From contig JAYREW010000009.1 of NCBI GenBank assembly GCA_041908685.1, positions 208,783-272,782 on the forward strand: a stretch of DNA of 64,000 nt. The letters run 5' to 3'. Both the position numbers and the translations under genes were made by a program. The stretch is from Nitrospiraceae bacterium (GTDB lineage Bacteria > Nitrospirota > Nitrospiria > Nitrospirales > Nitrospiraceae). The notes under the pieces were generated by a model that was given only the letters and a program-made list of their open reading frames with translations, was not told the DNA's origin and made no database searches. Shown here piece by piece: positions 61,282 through 64,000 of the stretch (positions within the stretch are counted from its first letter, which is position 1; every line of letters starts with the position of its first letter).

Positions 61282-62337
61282 CTACAGGGGCGACGGCGAC
61301 TCGCCGGTGCCGACCGGCGGACTCGCCGCGGGCGCTGTGGCGGCCTGAACGAGTCGAAGATTTCGCTGGAAGCCTGCGAAGCGCGCACGGCGGACCGGAC
61401 TCTGTTGGGTGTGGTCACGAAAGTCCTGCTCGGACCAACTGCCCAGTTCGGCCAGCGACGGCTGCAGTGCCCAGTCGCGCGGTGGTTCGTCCAGCTTCGT
61501 CCCGATGCCCGCCTGGGTGTTATACGGACAGACATCCAAACAGTCGTCGCATCCGAACAGGTGATTGCCGACGCGGCGGGCCAGTTCGGGGTCGATGTCG
61601 TCCCCGCGATGTTCGATGGTGAGATAGGACAGGCAGCGCCCCGCGTCTACAACGTAGGGCACGGGCATGGCTTGAGTAGGGCAGGCGCTGAGACAGAGCG
61701 TGCAGGTGCCGCAGAGGTCCGTACCGGGTTGATCGGGCGCGAGGTCCAAGGTCGTGAGGACGACGCCCAACAGGAGCCACGAGCCGTGTTCCGCCGACAC
61801 GAGGTTGGAATGTTTGCCGATCCAGCCGAGGCCGGCTTGCTGCGCCCAGGCCTTTTCCATCACCGGCCCTGTGTCGACGTACCATCGATGCTGTGCGTCG
61901 GGCGCCAGCCGCGTGAGCTCGGCGGTCAAGGCGGTGAGGCGGTCGCTGATGGTGAGGTGGTAGTCGCGGCCCCAGGCGTAGCGCGCGATGCGGCCCATGC
62001 CAGGGCCTTCGTTCGGCTGCGCGCCGCTGTCGTAATTCAATCCGACGACGATGACGGTGCGGCATCCCGGCAAGACCAGTCGAGGATCGGCGCGGCGTTC
62101 CGGAGCCCGTTCGATCCAGTGCATGGTGGCCTGATACCCAGCATCCAGCCAGCTGGTCAGGCGTGTGCGGAGCGACTCGGTCAGTGACGGCGTGGGCAGT
62201 GGCGATGGCGCAGAGGTGTTCGCAGCGTTGCTGTGATCGGCGGCTACGGGCGCGGCGGACGATTCGACCGCCGCAATGCCGACGGCGTCGAATCCTTGGG
62301 CGAGCGCGAGGGCTTTGACCCGCTCAGAACGCAACAT
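61282..62337 (-). CDS. queG: Epoxyqueuosine reductase
   Basis: Two 4Fe-4S motifs (CGTCTLCLSACP, CDDCLDVCPYN) and CLSYLTIEHRG. Confidence 0.9.
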   Translation of the reverse strand: MLRSERVKALALAQGFDAVGIAAVESSAAPVAADHSNAANTSAPSPLPTPSLTESLRTRLTSWLDAGYQATMHWIERAPERRADPRLVLPGCRTVIVVGLNYDSGAQPNEGPGMGRIARYAWGRDYHLTISDRLTALTAELTRLAPDAQHRWYVDTGPVMEKAWAQQAGLGWIGKHSNLVSAEHGSWLLLGVVLTTLDLAPDQPGTDLCGTCTLCLSACPTQAMPVPYVVDAGRCLSYLTIEHRGDDIDPELARRVGNHLFGCDDCLDVCPYNTQAGIGTKLDEPPRDWALQPSLAELGSWSEQDFRDHTQQSPVRRARFAGFQRNLRLVQAATAPAASPPVGTGESPSPL

Positions 62338-62361
62338 GGGTGATGGCGGTCGTGCGCGCGA

Positions 62362-62751
62362 TCAGCTCGGCGCGCAGTCGAGCTTCACGTGGAAGGAGGC
62401 CGAGCAGTGCTCGGTCGTGCAGGCGCCGCAGACGCCGATGATGCGCGTGCGCCAGTCCGTGCGGGCCTTATCGAAATGGCAGGTGGTCTTGCCGCCGCGC
62501 GAAATCGTCGTCCATGGCGTGGTCGTGCCGGGGAATTGCGCCACCTTGCAGCCCTTCTGCATCGGGACTTCGCATTCCTGCTTTGCCTCGCCCTTGGCCA
62601 TCATGAAGCTGCAAAAGCGCTCGGTGGTGACGTGCGAGTCTTCCGGGGCCTGCGCCGGCGCATCGGGGGCCGGCCAGGCGGTCATGAGCAGTGTTGTGGC
62701 GAGTACGAGAAACAGGCTTGTGAACGGTGCGCGTGTCATCATGCGGCGCAT
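62362..62751 (-). CDS. Secreted cysteine-rich small protein (129 aa, 8 Cys in the mature part)
   Basis: Starts at ATG 62751 (MRRMMTRAPFTSLFLVLATTLLMTAWP), which forms a signal peptide. Cys pattern includes GVCGACTTEHC. Confidence 0.55.
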   Translation of the reverse strand: MRRMMTRAPFTSLFLVLATTLLMTAWPAPDAPAQAPEDSHVTTERFCSFMMAKGEAKQECEVPMQKGCKVAQFPGTTTPWTTISRGGKTTCHFDKARTDWRTRIIGVCGACTTEHCSASFHVKLDCAPS

Positions 62752-62824
62752 CCTAGCTGGCGTGCCGAAGGATGCGCAAGACGTGTTGCGGCGGTCGCGG
62801 TACAATGCGGGCCTGTGTCGGGCG

Positions 62825-63478
62825 ATGTTGTGGTCGCGAGGAATTGGACCAGTGCCTGAGGCATTCACTGTGCGCCGAATTGCGATAGCCGCCGAGACGG
62901 GGCGGCGCGGCTGTATTCTGTTCGCCATGGTGGTGGTGCTGTTTCTATCTGTCTGGAGCGGTTTCCCGGTCGCAGAGGCGGGCGTTCCAGCGGTCGTTCA
63001 GCCGGTCGTTGATGTGCAGCCGGATGCGGGCGGCGGCGTGCACGCGCATGCGGTGCTGGATCTGCCGGGATCGCGGGCGGTCGTCGAACGGGTGCTGACC
63101 GACTACGAGGCCTGGCCGCAGTTGTTCGAGACCGAAATGCGGATGGGCACGATTCAGCGGTATGAGGATCGCGTGGTGACGGAGCTGTTCGTGCAGCATC
63201 CGATCGTGCCGGGCGAAAGTCGACTGCTCAGCGAAAATCGCCGTGAGGCGGACGGGCGACTGACGACGGTGCTGCTCGGCGGCGACTTCAGGCGCTACAG
63301 CCGTTCTTGGCACTTATCTGAGCCGTCGACCGGCGCGACGCGCGCTGAGTTCGACCTGATCATGCAGCCGAAGACGCTCGCGCCCGATTGGGTGGTGGCG
63401 CTGGCCCTGCGGCGCGAACTCAACACCCATTTCAAACGACTCATCGCCCGCATCGCCGAGGAAGCCGCGCGACGCTAG
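62825..63478 (+). CDS. SRPBCC/START-like (polyketide cyclase-dehydrase fold) protein with N-terminal signal or anchor
   Basis: VVERVLTDYEAWPQLF and a C-terminal long helix are typical of the SRPBCC fold. The start is ambiguous (ATG 62825, GTG 62869 or ATG 62926). Confidence 0.6.
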   Translation: MLWSRGIGPVPEAFTVRRIAIAAETGRRGCILFAMVVVLFLSVWSGFPVAEAGVPAVVQPVVDVQPDAGGGVHAHAVLDLPGSRAVVERVLTDYEAWPQLFETEMRMGTIQRYEDRVVTELFVQHPIVPGESRLLSENRREADGRLTTVLLGGDFRRYSRSWHLSEPSTGATRAEFDLIMQPKTLAPDWVVALALRRELNTHFKRLIARIAEEAARR

Positions 63479-63544
63479 TGCGGCGTGGCTCACGGGTGGT
63501 GCCGGGTATGTGTGAGGAGCCGGGTGTGTTGTCTACGCGGCGGG

Positions 63545-64000
63545 TTACGGAGAGCGGTACTCGACCAGTTCCGCGCCGGTGAGCCCCTGTTGGGTCAGCC
63601 CGGCGATGTCGAGGCCGCGTTCGATCGCGAGGATCGTCTCGAGATTCGTCTTGGTGCTGGGATGCGGCGGCACGAAGAGGCTGCAGCAGTCCTGATCCGG
63701 TTCGATCGAGGTTTCGAAGCTGCCGAGGCGGCGCGCCTCATCGGTGATTTCAATCTTGTCCATCGCAATGAGCGGCCGCAGCACCGGCAGCGTCGCGGCC
63801 TGCTGCACGACCGTCAGATTTTCCGGCGTCTGTGACGCGACCTGCCCCAAGCTGTCGCCGGTCACCAATCCCCAGCAGCCTTCCTTGCGCGCAATCGCTT
63901 CGGTGATGCGGATCATCATGCGGCGGTACAGCACCACGCGAAACGGCGCCGGCGCGCCCAGCACAATCGTCCGCTGAATTTCGCCGAAGGGAATGAGGTG
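63545..64000 (-). CDS. thiI: tRNA 4-thiouridine/thiamine sulfurtransferase ThiI, C-terminal part (5' end beyond the right edge)
   Basis: LVTGDSLGQVASQT, RPLIAMDKIEI and CCSLF motifs. The frame stays open to position 64000 (HLIPFGEIQRTIV). Confidence 0.8.
   Translation of the reverse strand, partial: HLIPFGEIQRTIVLGAPAPFRVVLYRRMMIRITEAIARKEGCWGLVTGDSLGQVASQTPENLTVVQQAATLPVLRPLIAMDKIEITDEARRLGSFETSIEPDQDCCSLFVPPHPSTKTNLETILAIERGLDIAGLTQQGLTGAELVEYRSP

Overview
High-GC chromosomal segment from a diderm (Gram-negative-type) bacterium. I cannot assign a taxon from sequence alone. It is densely packed with about 65 genes, mostly housekeeping. I recognised no rRNA, tRNA, CRISPR array, IS element, integrase or prophage block. 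Gene order, left to right: (1) a co-directional iron block: fur, an Fe3+ ABC importer of the FbpABC type, and exbB-exbD-tonB, with tonB running off the left edge; (2) an orphan hypothetical gene with its own promoter, an M32 carboxypeptidase, an O-methyltransferase and an EamA transporter; (3) a roughly 0.6 kb low-GC, hairpin-rich gap with no convincing gene; (4) SnoaL-like, GlsB and hemerythrin genes plus a membrane protein; (5) a THUMP RNA methyltransferase, a 7-repeat beta-propeller lipoprotein, PhoD and ygfZ; (6) a degenerate receiver, a TPR protein, and a thiC-thi4 pair behind a terminator-type TPP riboswitch; (7) nadA, ileS-lspA and uppP; (8) a coiled-coil/HhH lipoprotein and a MacAB-type efflux set; (9) rusA-mraZ-comF; (10) a YbbA/YbbP-like ABC pair split by pyrD and a luxR-type gene; (11) bioB and the conserved rplU-rpmA-obg-proB-nadD-rsfS-lapB run; (12) ilvE, gap-pgk-tpiA-secG and mutS2; (13) a sigma54-type two-component pair, queG, a divergent pair of secreted unknowns, and the 3' part of thiI. 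I did not find a convincing multi-gene novel system. The most interesting unexplained items are the low-GC structured gap (10166-10759), the Panacea/DUF4065-like orphan gene (6214-6777), the orphan mraZ followed by rusA, and the divergent Cys-rich/SRPBCC secreted pair. The many very long ORFs antisense to real genes are high-GC artefacts. All functional calls rest on motif recognition by eye, with no database search.
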